From Endomicrobiales bacterium (lineage in GTDB: Bacteria; Elusimicrobiota; Endomicrobiia; Endomicrobiales; CAWCFT01), in the NCBI GenBank assembly GCA_963794945.1, contig CAWCFT010000002.1:32001-96000 (forward strand): a DNA stretch of 64,000 nucleotides, in the 5' to 3' direction. Numbering within the stretch: the stretch's first letter is position 1; each line of letters starts with the position of its first letter. The notes beneath the pieces are model-generated. The model worked only from the letters and a program-made list of their open reading frames with translations. It was not told the origin of the DNA and ran no database searches. A program made the translations under genes and the position numbers. Shown piece by piece: positions 22,441 through 34,049 of the stretch.

Positions 22441-22449
22441 ACAACACTA

Positions 22450-23325
22450 ATGGCGACTAACGAGACATTTGAAAAATTCGAATTCATGAAAACCGACATA
22501 TCGAGGGCAGTCTTTGACAGGCGCGTGATCGATGTATCAGGATATTTTGGCTGGCGCGCCGGCTACCGGGCAGTGCGGTCCGGAATACCGTTCGGAAAAC
22601 TGAATATAATCGAGATAGGCTGCGGAACGGGAACATTTTGTCTTGCGTTCGCGTTAATGGGCGCAAACGTTACGTTATTCGATATCGACAATGATGCCCT
22701 TGAAACAGCAAAACAAGTTTACGCCTTGTACGGCCTTAAACCCACGACCGTCAGAGCTAGCGTGACCGACACTCTGCGCGGAGAATTGTCCGGTGAATTC
22801 GACATGTCCGTTTCCCTCGGCCTGGCAGAACACTTTACGGGAGATGAAAGGATCCGCGTAATTAAACTCCACAGGCAGCTTCTCAATGAAAGCGGCTTAA
22901 CCGTGATAGGCGTGCCAAACGGGATGAGCCCGTTCTACAGCGTTGTAAGATTTGTTAACACAGTCCTCGGACAGTGGAAGATAAAACAAGAATTGCCTTT
23001 TACTCCATCGGAATTAAGGTCTATAGGGAAAAAGGCAGGATATTCGGAAATCAACATCATAGGCAATCACGCTGTTAAGGACGACCTGTCTATCTATTCG
23101 AAAGGGCTTTTGTCCTCCCTATTTCATATTTTGCCTGACAATATACGAAAGTCCTTAAAACGCCCCTTCAACGGAGGAGAACACCCGGAGGCCGCGGCGG
23201 AGGCTGATATTTCAGTTTTAAGAGATAACCTTATCCAGAAAGCAAATTCCCTAAAACAGGATTCAGTAGAATCCGGGAAACTGAAAGACTTGATCAGTTC
23301 AGGACTATATCTCATAGGAAGATAA
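22450..23325 (+). CDS. Class I SAM-dependent methyltransferase
   Basis: 'IIEIGCGTG', 'SLGLAEHF', 'IGVPN'. Confidence 0.85.
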   Translation: MATNETFEKFEFMKTDISRAVFDRRVIDVSGYFGWRAGYRAVRSGIPFGKLNIIEIGCGTGTFCLAFALMGANVTLFDIDNDALETAKQVYALYGLKPTTVRASVTDTLRGELSGEFDMSVSLGLAEHFTGDERIRVIKLHRQLLNESGLTVIGVPNGMSPFYSVVRFVNTVLGQWKIKQELPFTPSELRSIGKKAGYSEINIIGNHAVKDDLSIYSKGLLSSLFHILPDNIRKSLKRPFNGGEHPEAAAEADISVLRDNLIQKANSLKQDSVESGKLKDLISSGLYLIGR

Positions 23326-23330
23326 CATTT

Positions 23331-24203
23331 ATGGACACAAAAGTTGCGGCCCTGATTATAGCTTTCAATAACTCTAAGGGGTTAGATAATGTCCTAACCG
23401 CTTTACATTCACAGAAATTAAAGGCTAGCGAAATAGTTGTTATAGATAATGCCAGCACGGACGACACAAATTCGATGGTCAAGGAAAAATACCCGGATGT
23501 AACTTATATAAGGCTTGATGAGAATGTCGGAAGTGCTGGCGGCTATTATGAAGGTATCAAATATGCCGCCGTGAAAAACGACGTTATCTGGACGCTCGAT
23601 GACGACCTTACTATCTTTCCTGACACTCTATTAAAACTTGTCGAAACATTTGAATATCTTAAAACGATAGAGAATGTAGGAGGGGTTCGCTGTACAGTGT
23701 ATCCTGATACCAGGAGCTATTACGAGGCTGGCGGTTTTGCCTGGCGCGGCACTCTATTAAACAGTGAGGCAGTAAAAAAGATAGGGTATCCTAATAAGGA
23801 TTATTATCTCTATGCGGAAGATGTGGAATATTCCATGCGGATGTATAAAGCGGGATATAAGGTATTTTATGTGACTGCCAGCAAAATGGCCTTCACCAGG
23901 CCGAATCAAACTGTTTACAATGTTTTAGGTTTGAAAACGAGTTTTTATAACGACCCTGACAGGCTGTATTACAGTATCCGCAACTCAACTGCGACATTTA
24001 TAAAATACATCTTAATAATCCAATTATTTTATTTAATCGGTTATTCACTTAAAATATTATTATGCTTGATAAAATATCCTTTAAAGAATAAGGACAAATT
24101 CTTATCGGCTATCCTGCTTGGCTTTTTCCATGGCATTACTTCAAAACTTGGCAAATATAATAGATTTGTGCCAGAAGCAACATCTGAAGGGGGCGCACAA
24201 TAA
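23331..24203 (+). CDS. GT2 glycosyltransferase (rhamnosyl/galactofuranosyl-transferase-like)
   Basis: 'VIDNASTD', 'NVGSAGG', 'WTLDDD', 'YAEDVEYSMR'. Confidence 0.88.
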   Translation: MDTKVAALIIAFNNSKGLDNVLTALHSQKLKASEIVVIDNASTDDTNSMVKEKYPDVTYIRLDENVGSAGGYYEGIKYAAVKNDVIWTLDDDLTIFPDTLLKLVETFEYLKTIENVGGVRCTVYPDTRSYYEAGGFAWRGTLLNSEAVKKIGYPNKDYYLYAEDVEYSMRMYKAGYKVFYVTASKMAFTRPNQTVYNVLGLKTSFYNDPDRLYYSIRNSTATFIKYILIIQLFYLIGYSLKILLCLIKYPLKNKDKFLSAILLGFFHGITSKLGKYNRFVPEATSEGGAQ

Positions 24204-24208
24204 TATCT

Positions 24209-24958
24209 ATGGAAAAATTAAGCGCTGCATTGATAGTTAAAAATTCCGAAGCCCATATTCGCGAGTGTCTTGAATCGCTCAAGTGGGCCGATGAGATAGT
24301 CATCCTCGACGGGTTCAGCACGGATAAGACCGTTGATATCTGCCGGGAATTCACAGATAAGGTCTATCAGAAAGAGTTCACGGGCTTCAACGAGGAACGG
24401 CAAGAACTTCTTTCGAGAACCGCCAACAAGTGGGTATTTATGGTAGACAGCGACATGGTTATTCCGAAAGAACTGTTCGAAGAGATCATGAAAGTGATGG
24501 AGAATCCCTTGTGTTCGGGGTATAATATGAGGGCTCTTACGCTGCTGTGGGGAAAGCCGGTTAAACACAGCGGCTGGTTCGCACCGGGTTATCTTAGGCT
24601 GTTCAATAAAGAAAAAGGCGGATACAATACAAAGCTCAAGTACCTCGATCTTTTTATAGTTAAGGAAGGGGAAACCGGCGTTCTGAAGAATCATTTAGTA
24701 CATTACGGTTATAATAGCCTTAAAGAATATGTTGATAAGGTCAACCGGTATACAACGCTTGATGCTCAGGACCTCAATACTAAAGGTGTTAAATTCTCGC
24801 TATTGAAGATCATCCTCCGGCCGCCCGCTATATTTTTCAACAGATATATTTACAAACTGGGTTTCCTCGATGGTATGACGGGCCTTATAATCGCTATATT
24901 TACAACATACACGTATATAGTTTCATACTTGAAGTTGTGGGAACTGCAGAAAAAATAG
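24209..24958 (+). CDS. GT2 glycosyltransferase (WaaE/KdtX-like)
   Basis: 'CLESLKWADEIVILDGFSTDKT', 'KLGFLDG'. Confidence 0.88.
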   Translation: MEKLSAALIVKNSEAHIRECLESLKWADEIVILDGFSTDKTVDICREFTDKVYQKEFTGFNEERQELLSRTANKWVFMVDSDMVIPKELFEEIMKVMENPLCSGYNMRALTLLWGKPVKHSGWFAPGYLRLFNKEKGGYNTKLKYLDLFIVKEGETGVLKNHLVHYGYNSLKEYVDKVNRYTTLDAQDLNTKGVKFSLLKIILRPPAIFFNRYIYKLGFLDGMTGLIIAIFTTYTYIVSYLKLWELQKK

Positions 24959-24974
24959 TTTTTGGAGAGGTTTT

Positions 24975-25628
24975 ATGGCTGTAGAGAACATGGATGGTGA
25001 ATACCTCTATACGGAAACTACAAGAAAAGAGATATTGCCGCTGATACATGAAAAAGCCGCCACAGCCCTTGAGATCGGGTGCAGCTTCGGCAACACTCTA
25101 ACATGGCTGAAGCAGGAAGGCCACTGCGAGAGAGCATTCGGTGTGGAGATCAATGAGCGTGCCGCAGAAGAAGCGCGCAAGCGACTGGATGGCGTATTCT
25201 GCGGTAATGTTGAGAACATCAAAATACCTTTGGCGCCAGGAAGCGTCAACCTGCTTTTGTGCCTGGACGTCCTGGAGCATCTTCATGACCCCTGGGGAAC
25301 TCTCAGGAAACTTCAGGAACAGCTGCTGGCTCCGGGTGGCATACTTATAGTCAGCGTTCCGAACGTTCAGCACCATTCCGTAGTATTCCCTCTTCTATTT
25401 AAGGGAAAGTGGCCGTACGCGGGTTCCGGATTGCTTGATAAATCGCATTTACGTTTTTTTACCCGAAATACCACAAAGAAAATGATAACCGATGCCGGTT
25501 TCCAGATCGAGGCTGTAACGAATACGAAATTCAGGAGTTCCATGAGGTTGATCAACTTTCTGACTTTTAACCTGTTCAAGCCCATGATGGTATTCCAATA
25601 CTTTATCAGAGCAAGGAAGATCCAATGA
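24975..25628 (+). CDS. Class I SAM-dependent methyltransferase
   Basis: 'LEIGCSFG', 'DVLEHLHDPW', 'SVPNVQH', 'GLLDKSHLRFFT'. Confidence 0.9.
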   Translation: MAVENMDGEYLYTETTRKEILPLIHEKAATALEIGCSFGNTLTWLKQEGHCERAFGVEINERAAEEARKRLDGVFCGNVENIKIPLAPGSVNLLLCLDVLEHLHDPWGTLRKLQEQLLAPGGILIVSVPNVQHHSVVFPLLFKGKWPYAGSGLLDKSHLRFFTRNTTKKMITDAGFQIEAVTNTKFRSSMRLINFLTFNLFKPMMVFQYFIRARKIQ

Positions 25629-26717
25629 TCACAGTCCTCTACTGGTCGAATTATTCATCGTTAACTACGGGCGGACAAAAGAGCCTTTCTTATATACTGC
25701 GTGATATTGACAGGTCCAGGTACAAACCGGTGCTCGCCTGCCAGAACGAAGGCGCTTTGACGGCAAGGGCTCGGGAGTACGGCATAGAAGTAGAACTGTT
25801 AAAGCTGCCAAAGGCGATGCGCCCCTGGTATCTGCCTTCAATAATCCAGTATATCTACGGCCTAAACAAGATAATCAACCGTCATGATGCAAAGATAGTG
25901 CACTCGGAAGAGCTGACCGTAGTATTCATGGCAAGCATTTTAAGGTTGTTTAAAAAATTCAAGGTCATATGGCACGTAAGAGTGCTCTGGGACAACCCTG
26001 CACAGAAAAAGATCGGCCTTTTTCTTTCCGATGCTGTCGTTCTGCGTTTCACGCTCGGTAGCGAACAGCTTCAAGTCATCTTCGGATAAGATCAACGTGG
26101 TTTGCAACGGAATTGACCCGTCAGAGTTCGCTCCGGGCGGTGAAAAAATGTCGTCCGAATTATTTTCGCCTCAAGACACGCTTATCGGTCAGATAGGGAC
26201 GCTCGTAGAGCACAAGAAGACCCATATCCTGGTGAAAGCGGCGCCGCTTGTCCTTAAGGACCACCCCGCGGTAAAATTCCTTATCATAGGCTGTGGCGGC
26301 GAAGATTACACGCTCTACCTTAAGAACCTTGCAAAAGAGCTAAACGTTGAGAAAAGCGTTATTTTCTGGGGTGAAGAGACCAATATCAAGCCCCTGTTAA
26401 ACAGGCTGGATATCATCTGCCTGCTTTCAAAGAACGAAGGCTTGTCCAGGACGCTTCTCGAAGCTATGGCTCTTGAAAAAGTGGTATTGGTTTCGGATAT
26501 ACCGCAAAACACTGAACTTGTCACCCACGGGAAAACCGGGTTTGCGGCAAAGCTAGACTCGCCGGAAGATACCGCGCGCTGCATTAACACTATACTCACC
26601 GATTGGGAAAAGTCCATGGAAATGGGGAAAGCGGCAAGAAAGCTTGTAATAAACGAGTTTTCGCTTCAAAAAACTATATCGCGGATCCACGGACTGTACG
26701 AAAGGCTCGGCTTTTAA
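25625..26717 (+). CDS. GT4 glycosyltransferase, frameshift near 26040
   Basis: N-half 'GGQKSL...WHVR'; C-half 'CVSRSV...NGID...EGLSRTLLEAMA'. Confidence 0.82.
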
Positions 26718-27818
26718 TGATAAAGACTCTGATCAAGCCATTATATTTTTGGTTCAGGCGGCTCTTGTTAAACCTTATTCCTAGGCCAAAACACTTGACT
26801 CTGCTATCATCGGAGAATCCAAGGATACTCGTTATCAGGATTGACCGGGTGGGCGACCTTGCTCTCTCAACTCCTTTGTTCCGCATTCTGCGGGATAATT
26901 TTCCAAAAGCCGACATAAGCGTGCTTGTCAAACCTTTTAACGCTGAAATTATATTGAATGACCCTGCTGTTAACAATGTTGTTCCTTATGAGGGTTTCTC
27001 CAAATTTTTAACCGACTATGGAAGCAAATATGACATTGTCATAGACATGATAAACAGCCACGGCCTTAAGACAGCGCTTCTTGCGAGGTCTGCTCAATGC
27101 CCGTATAACTATAGGGTTTGACGTTGAAAAGAGAGGCATGTTCTTTACCGACCCTGTTGTCCCAAGCAATGAGAGAAAACATTTTGTCGAATTCATCCCT
27201 GACCTCCTTGCCCCATTAAAGATCAAGATAACCGGTGGCCTTGCCCCGAAAGTATTTGCATCGAAGGAACATTTAAATTATGCCGGCACCTTCCTTGAAA
27301 AGAATGGCGTTAAACAGGAAAATTTTCTGATTTCAGTTCATCCGGGAAGTTTCTACCCGTCACAACGCTGGCCATCAAAATATTATGCTGACCTTATCAG
27401 CCGTATTTCAGAGTTCAACCAGAATGCAAAGTTCCTTCTGCTTGGAAGCTCGGCTGAAAAAGAACTCTTGGGTGGTATCTACAAGATGCTAAAACCGGTG
27501 GCGCAGCGTAATACGCTCGTGAATGCAGAAAACGGTATAGGCAAAACAATCGCATTTATATCCTTGTCAAAGCTGCTTATAGGCAACAACTCCGGACTTT
27601 TACATATAGCGACGGCCTTAGCTGTACCGACAGTTTCATTTATGGGCCCGACTGTCCCATGGCTCTGGCACCCCTATGGGCCCGCTTCGAGCAATATAGT
27701 TTTCAGTAAAGGCCTCCCGTGCAGCCCGTGTAATCTGGGCGAGTGCGCCGAACACACCTGCATGGAAACTATAGTTCCAACGGAAGTGTTCGAGACTGTA
27801 AAGGCGTTATTAAAATAA
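26717..27818 (+). CDS. GT9 (heptosyltransferase-like) glycosyltransferase, frameshift near 27085
   Basis: 'ILVIRIDRVGDLALSTP', 'HPGS...QRWP', 'GNNSGLLHIATA...FMGPT', C-terminal CxxC...C...C. Confidence 0.85.
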
Positions 27819-27834
27819 TCAATAGAGGTATATA

Positions 27835-30800
27835 ATGAAGGTATTGGTAACCGACGCCGCACTGAGGACAGCCCTGTACGTTATCCGCTCGCTGGGACGG
27901 CAGAACGTTGATATCACCGCGACAGAAACCAGGATGAACATATTTTCCAATCCGGGTTTCGCATCGAGGTACGTCAAACGCAGAGCGATCGTAGCTGACC
28001 CCATATATAACGAAGATGCTTATATAGAAGGCCTGCTGAAGCTGTGCCGCGGGCATGATGTGCTATTGCCCGTATCGATGTACTCGATCAAAGCCGTATC
28101 TAAACACCTCGACGAATTTCGCAAGATAATCAGGGTTCCGATAGCTGATCACGCCAAGATCATGCAGGTCAACAGCACCGACACGGCCATTAAGACCGCC
28201 ATTAGCTCCGGTATTCCTATCCCGAAATCATATTTTATTGACGAACTTTCCCAGCTGGACCAGATCGCCGAAGAACTGGAGTATCCGGCCTTCATCAAGG
28301 TGAAAGATGAGCTTGAACTGGCGCCGTCTCAAAGGCATAAGGCCGTATTTTCAAGGGAAGATTTTATCAGCAAATATTATACTCTTCACTCGTACCAGCC
28401 GTTCCCTATCGTGCAGGAATTCATAAAAGGGGATGGAGCGGCCTATTTCGCGCTTTTCGATGAGTCAGCTACTCTGAAAGCTGAGTTCGGGCACAGGCGT
28501 ATCAGGGAATTCCCGCTAAACGGAGGCCCAAGCACATACTGTGAGAGTTATAACAACCCGGTAATGTTCGAGCACGGCAGAAAGTTTCTCAGTCATGTTA
28601 AATGGCAGGGGCTCGCCATGGTAGAATTTAAATTGGACACAAGAGACGGAACGCCCAGGTTCATGGAAGTAAACCCGCGGGTGTGGGGTTCAATGCCTCT
28701 TGCGATGGAAAGCGGCGTAGACTTCCCGTACCTCTGGGCAAAAACAGCGATGGGAGAAGATTTTAAACCGGTAACTGATTTTAAAACCGGCGTAAAGGTC
28801 AGGTTTTTCTTCAGTGATATCCGCGCGGCATCGACTTCATTGCTCAACCTCAAGCACATAAAGAAATACTTTTTAGGTTGCTTGATTGACCTTTTTGACC
28901 GCAAGATAAAAGACGGTATTTTCAGCTCGTCTGACCTGCTCCCGTGGATAATTTACCATACCAAAAGCATCCTAATAATGTTTGGATATTTAAAGCAAGC
29001 CGACTCAGAGATACGTTTCGACATACACGTTCACTCCAAGTATTCATACGATTCGGTTAGCGAGCCGAAAGACGTAGTTAGAGCCGCTAAGGCTGGCCGG
29101 GCTCAAAGCGGTGGCCGTGACCGACCATAACACGATAAAAGGCGCGCTAGAGGCTAAGAAATATGAGGCAGCGGATATCCAGGTTATAATCGGCGAAGAG
29201 ATAAGCACGGACAAAGGCGACCTCATAGGACTTTTCATTAAAGAGGAAATCAAACAAAGAGATTTTTATAAGGCGGTAGAAGAGATCAAAAAACAGGGGG
29301 GGATAGCTGTCCTTGCCCACCCGTTCAAACGCACTAGCTCGATAGAGGAATCGGTCCTTGGAAAGCTCGACGCGATAGAATCGTTCAATTCAAGAGCTGA
29401 AAAGAACAATACTACAAACAATAATTTCAAGGCATCGGCTCTTGCAAGAAAGTCAGGGCTTATCGAGCTCGCCGGAAGCGACGCGCATTTCCTGTTCGAA
29501 ATAGGCCGGGCTTTTACTGTAATTAAATCAACTGACGTATCAGCGATAGAAAGCGCCATAAGGTCCGGCAAAACGTATATAAGAGGAACGAAATCATCTC
29601 CTTTACTGGACTTCTTCAGCCAGTTCATCAAGATGATAAAGCTGCGCCGGCCGTCAATGCTGCTGAAAGCCCCGGGGAAACTTTTCAAGCTTTTCGGTAA
29701 ATATAAAGCCCCTGTAACGAACACTGCCGATGTTCCCGCCAAACTGAACGTACTGCTTGTACTTGACGACTTTTCTTTTTCTAATCCCGGCGGCGCAGGT
29801 ACCATGCTATACGAGTACGCGAAAAATCTTTCAAGGAACGGGCATTCGGCTTCCCTGCTGTTCCGCAAAGGCGGCAGCGAAATGCCCTTAAGAGGCAAAG
29901 TTGAAGGCATGAATATTTTCGCGTACGAAAATAACCACCGCAATACATTCCTATATTTCTTTTATTGTATATATAATACTTATTGCACTTACAGAGAAGT
30001 ACTAAAAACAAATAAACCCGATATTATCAACTGCCAGCACCCGCTGCCGGGCCTCGGTATTAGGCTTTTGCGCAGAGCCAGGAATATACCCATGGTATGT
30101 TCTTTCCACGCCTCCTGGGAAGCCGAATATATCTCTCATAAAGTTTTGCCCGGTTCCGGCCCATTAATGAAAATCTGGTTCAAATTGAATTGTCTGGCAA
30201 GGCGTTATATAGAAAAATACTGCATGTTCGAATGCGATAAAATTATAGTCATGAGCGAGTATACTAGAGATATACTTCTGAAAATCCACGGAGTTAGCAG
30301 TGAAAAAGTTAAACTTATCCCTGGCGGCGTAGACACGGATATATTTAAGCCCGCGCCGGACAAAAGTGTTGTAAAGAATAAATTGTTTTTTCCAAAAAAT
30401 AAATTTGTTCTTTTTACGGTCAGGCGCCTTGTTCCCAGGATGGGGCTGGAAAACCTTATCAACGCAGTATCTATTCTATCGAAACAACGCAAAGATATCT
30501 TACTTATTATTGGCGGCATTGGGCCTCTTGAAAAACGTTTAAAAGAACTCACAGCCAGCCTGAATGCGGAAAACTACGTTCGTTTTGCGGGTTTCATACC
30601 GACACAACAGCTGCCGCTCTACTATCAAGCTGCCGACTTATTCGTTCTGCCAACCATAGAACTTGAAGGCTTCGGGCTTGTAACACTTGAGGCGCTTTCT
30701 TCCGGCTTGCCGGTTTTAGGCACAGCGATAGGCGGCACAACCGAGATACTCAGCGGTTTTAACACAGATTACCTGTTCAAGGACCCTTCGCCTGAAACCA

Positions 30801-30967
30801 TGTCCAGGCAAATTTCAGATTTTATATCTCATACAAACAATATATCAATATCCGCCGCCTGCAGGGATTATGCGTTAACGAATTATTCCTGGAGAATTAT
30901 TATTTCACACGTTGAATCTCTATTAAGAGAAGTATTAGAAGCAAAAATAGCAAATGGTAAAATTTAA
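27835..30967 (+). CDS. Fusion: ATP-grasp ligase + PHP phosphoesterase + GT4 glycosyltransferase (one frameshift near 29091)
   Basis: ATP-grasp 'VQEFIKG...HRRIRE..GGPS...MVEFK...MEVNPRVWG'. The PHP motif 'DIHVHS' at the end of ORF1 continues as 'AVTDH...GEEI...LAHPF...GSDAH' in ORF2. GT4 'EGFGLVTLEALSSG'. Confidence 0.8.
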
Positions 30968-31013
30968 ATATCAAAGCTAATGAGTTGCCGGCATTACTAA
31001 AGGGAATGACATT

Positions 31014-32877
31014 ATGAACTCTTTCCACGCCGTTAATGAAACAGAAATGAAGGCCTTCAACGATTTTATAGCCAGCTCGCAAAGAGGCCATATTTTCCAG
31101 ACCTGGGAATGGGGAGAACTGAGGAAAGGCGACGGGTGGAAACCGCTGCGGTTCCTTGTCAAGGACGGCGATATCATAAAAGCCGCCGCAACTGTCTTGC
31201 AAAAGAAACTGCCCGGAGGGTGGTCAATATTCCATGCCCCCAGGGGGCCTGTTCTTGACTATGGCGACACCGTAACTGTCGAGTATTTGTTTGGCGAGCT
31301 CAAATCCTATTTATCCAAGAATAAAGCAATACTCTTTCAGATAGACCCCGACGTCAGGCAGGCCGATGAAGCCGCCAAGAGCCTGCTTCTGAAAGTGGGA
31401 TTCTTTTACAGAAAGGACGGCCTGTTCTTCATCCTGCAGCCGAACCATGTTTTCAGGCTCGACATAAGCAAAGATCTCGATGCCATACACGCGAAGTTCT
31501 CATCTTCGACCCGCAGGAACATCAGGATCGCCCAGAACGCTAATGTTGCTGTAGAGGCACGTGATGACATTGAGGCCGTAGAGATATTTTACCGCATGTT
31601 AAAAATGACAAGCGCGAGAAAACGTTTTCTCATCCGTTCCTTTGGGTACCAGAAGAGGCTGTTCAAATATTTCATCAGCAGAGGTTATGGCAAGGTTTTC
31701 CTCGCGAAGGCCGGAAAAGAATATATAGCGGCGCGCCTGGCGCTTAGGTTCGGCAACAAATGCTGGGACATGTACGCGGGATCAAACAGAAAACACGCTG
31801 AACTGAAAGCTAACCACCTGCTGATCTGGGAAATGATAAAATGGGCAAAATCCTTCGGCTGCACAATTTTTGATTTCCGGGGCGTGGGCGCGTGGGATAA
31901 TCCGAAACATCCTGACAGAGGTATATACGACTTCAAAGTTAAATTCGGCCCTGAACACTGCGAGTTCATCGGCGAGTATTACATGGTGTTCAACGAAGCC
32001 CTTTACAAGAAATATGTATCCATAAACGATATACTGCAAACACTTTTCAAACTCCCGAGAAAAATTAAAAATACTATAAACTCTTCCTATGACACAGAAA
32101 AACTCGCTAAACTTACTTTCGAAAAATTCGGCGAGAAAGAAGAGTTGGATGAGTACTCAAGAAAAGCGCTCAGTGACGGCCTTGGCTTTGAAGAAAAATT
32201 CCTGATGGAACACGTTAAACAACAGAGTAAAACGCTGATTGCAGGCTGCGGGGCGGGCAGGGAAGCTATTGAGCTCTCAAAGAAAGGTTTTAATGCCACT
32301 GGAGTGGATTTTCAACCGAAAATGCTTGAGCTGGCAAAACAGAACTCCGAGAAGCTCGGCCTGAAGATAGAACTTGCGCAGATGAACGCTACAAATCTTG
32401 AGTTCAAAGAAAAAACTTTCGATGCTGTAGTGATGTTCGGTTCTATACTAGCCTACATTCCCGGAGCGGATAACAGGCTGAAGGCCCTGACCGAAGCTAA
32501 AAGAGTGCTAAAAGGGGGAGGCTATATATTCATTTCAGTCCCGTCGAAACACAGCTCTTTAAAACATAACCTGTATTACCTTGCGATGGACAACATAAGA
32601 AGTTTAGCGAATAGATTCGGCTTTAAAACCCTGGAAGCTGGCGACAGGATAGTTAAAAGGGTCAGCGGCAGCCTGCGTCTCAAGAGGAAAGTGCTTCTTC
32701 CACATGTTCTCGCTTTCAGAAATGAAAGACAACCTCAAGGCCGCGGGATTCGAGTTTGTGGAGGCGCGGTCAAGAGAGGAGATCATAAGCGGAAACAATG
32801 ACCCCTCTTCTACAGAGAAGGATTATTTTATGTATATTTGCGGGAGAAAACCGGGTGTTCTGAAAAGAAGAAACTGA
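31014..32877 (+). CDS. Fusion: FemAB/FemX-type aminoacyl-tRNA transferase + SAM methyltransferase (frameshift near 32670)
   Basis: 'HIFQTWEWG', 'APRGPV', 'IDP', 'RRNIR', 'FDFRG', 'FKVKFG'; then 'IAGCGAGRE...EAKRVLKGGG'. The alternative frame gives a plausible C-terminus (CFFHMFS...AAGFE) ending at TGA 32875-32877. Confidence 0.8.
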
Positions 32878-34049
32878 TACACGTCATAACCAGGCTTGAT
32901 AAAGGCGGTTCGGCGGAGTTAGCGCTTCTGGTTTGCCGCAGTATTAACCGCAGTAAATTTGACCCTGTGCTTGCATATGGGCAAAACCCTTCCGCCGATT
33001 ACAACACCTGCGATATACCCTGCGTGTATGTCCCGAGCCTCAAGCGTGAAATATCTCCGTTTAACGATTTCCTTTCTTTGATAAACCTTTACAAACTTTT
33101 CAAGAAAGAAAAGCCCGACATAATACAGACAAATTCGTCCAAAGCCGGCTTTCTGGGAAGGTGGGCAGCGTGGCTTTACAACCTGTCGCTTAGAATATCG
33201 GGCCGCGGCGCTGGGGCTGCCGCCGTTATCCACATGCCGCACGGGCATGTATTTTACGGCTATGGTTTCAGCAAAGCCAAAACAATGCTGTTCCTGGCCC
33301 TTGAGAGGATAAGTACCGCGATCACAGACAAACTTATTGCCATAACAGAAGGCGAAAAAAAGGAATCGCTAGCTTATGGTATAGGAGAACCTGGCCAGTG
33401 GGTAATAATCAACCCGGGGGTCAAATGCGAAGAGTTCGACCCATCTGAACGCAAAGAAAAAATACGTGCCAACCTCGGAATATCAAATGATGCCATAGTG
33501 GTAGGCACAGTTGCAAGGCACGAACCGGTGAAAGGCGTCGGTTATTTGATAGAAGCTGCCGGCCTTATCAAAAAACGTTCGGACAAAGATATCGTGTTTC
33601 TGATAGTAGGCGACGGCGCTTTAAGGAAGGAGCTCGAATCAAAAGCATCTGAGCTTGGCATCAAAGACAAAACTATTTTTACCGGCATGAGAGAAGACGT
33701 CCCTGACATGATGAGCGCTATGGATATTTTTGTTCAGCCTTCCCTTAACGAAGGCATGGGAAAGACCCTCGTGCAGGCGCATTCACTGGGGCTTCCGATA
33801 GTTGCGACCAGGGTGCAGGGCATTCCGGACGTAGTTGTTGACGGTATAACCGGCTTCCTTGTGCCGCCGGCTGACCCAAAGGCGCTCGCGGATAAGATAC
33901 TTGAACTGATAAACAACACCGCGCTGATAGAAAAAATGGGAAAAGCCGGGAAACAACGGGTCACAAGAAAAGAAGATGGCCTGTCTTGTTTCAGTGAAGA
34001 GAGGACAGTCCACCTGCTGGAAAAACTCTATGAAATCGTGTCAAAATAA
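32838..34049 (+). CDS. GT4 glycosyltransferase (start uncertain; possibly fused to the upstream gene)
   Basis: 'LIHVITRLDKGG', 'HMPHGHVF', 'NEGMGKTLVQA'; only a TTG start with no clear RBS. Confidence 0.85.
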   Translation: MREKTGCSEKKKLIHVITRLDKGGSAELALLVCRSINRSKFDPVLAYGQNPSADYNTCDIPCVYVPSLKREISPFNDFLSLINLYKLFKKEKPDIIQTNSSKAGFLGRWAAWLYNLSLRISGRGAGAAAVIHMPHGHVFYGYGFSKAKTMLFLALERISTAITDKLIAITEGEKKESLAYGIGEPGQWVIINPGVKCEEFDPSERKEKIRANLGISNDAIVVGTVARHEPVKGVGYLIEAAGLIKKRSDKDIVFLIVGDGALRKELESKASELGIKDKTIFTGMREDVPDMMSAMDIFVQPSLNEGMGKTLVQAHSLGLPIVATRVQGIPDVVVDGITGFLVPPADPKALADKILELINNTALIEKMGKAGKQRVTRKEDGLSCFSEERTVHLLEKLYEIVSK

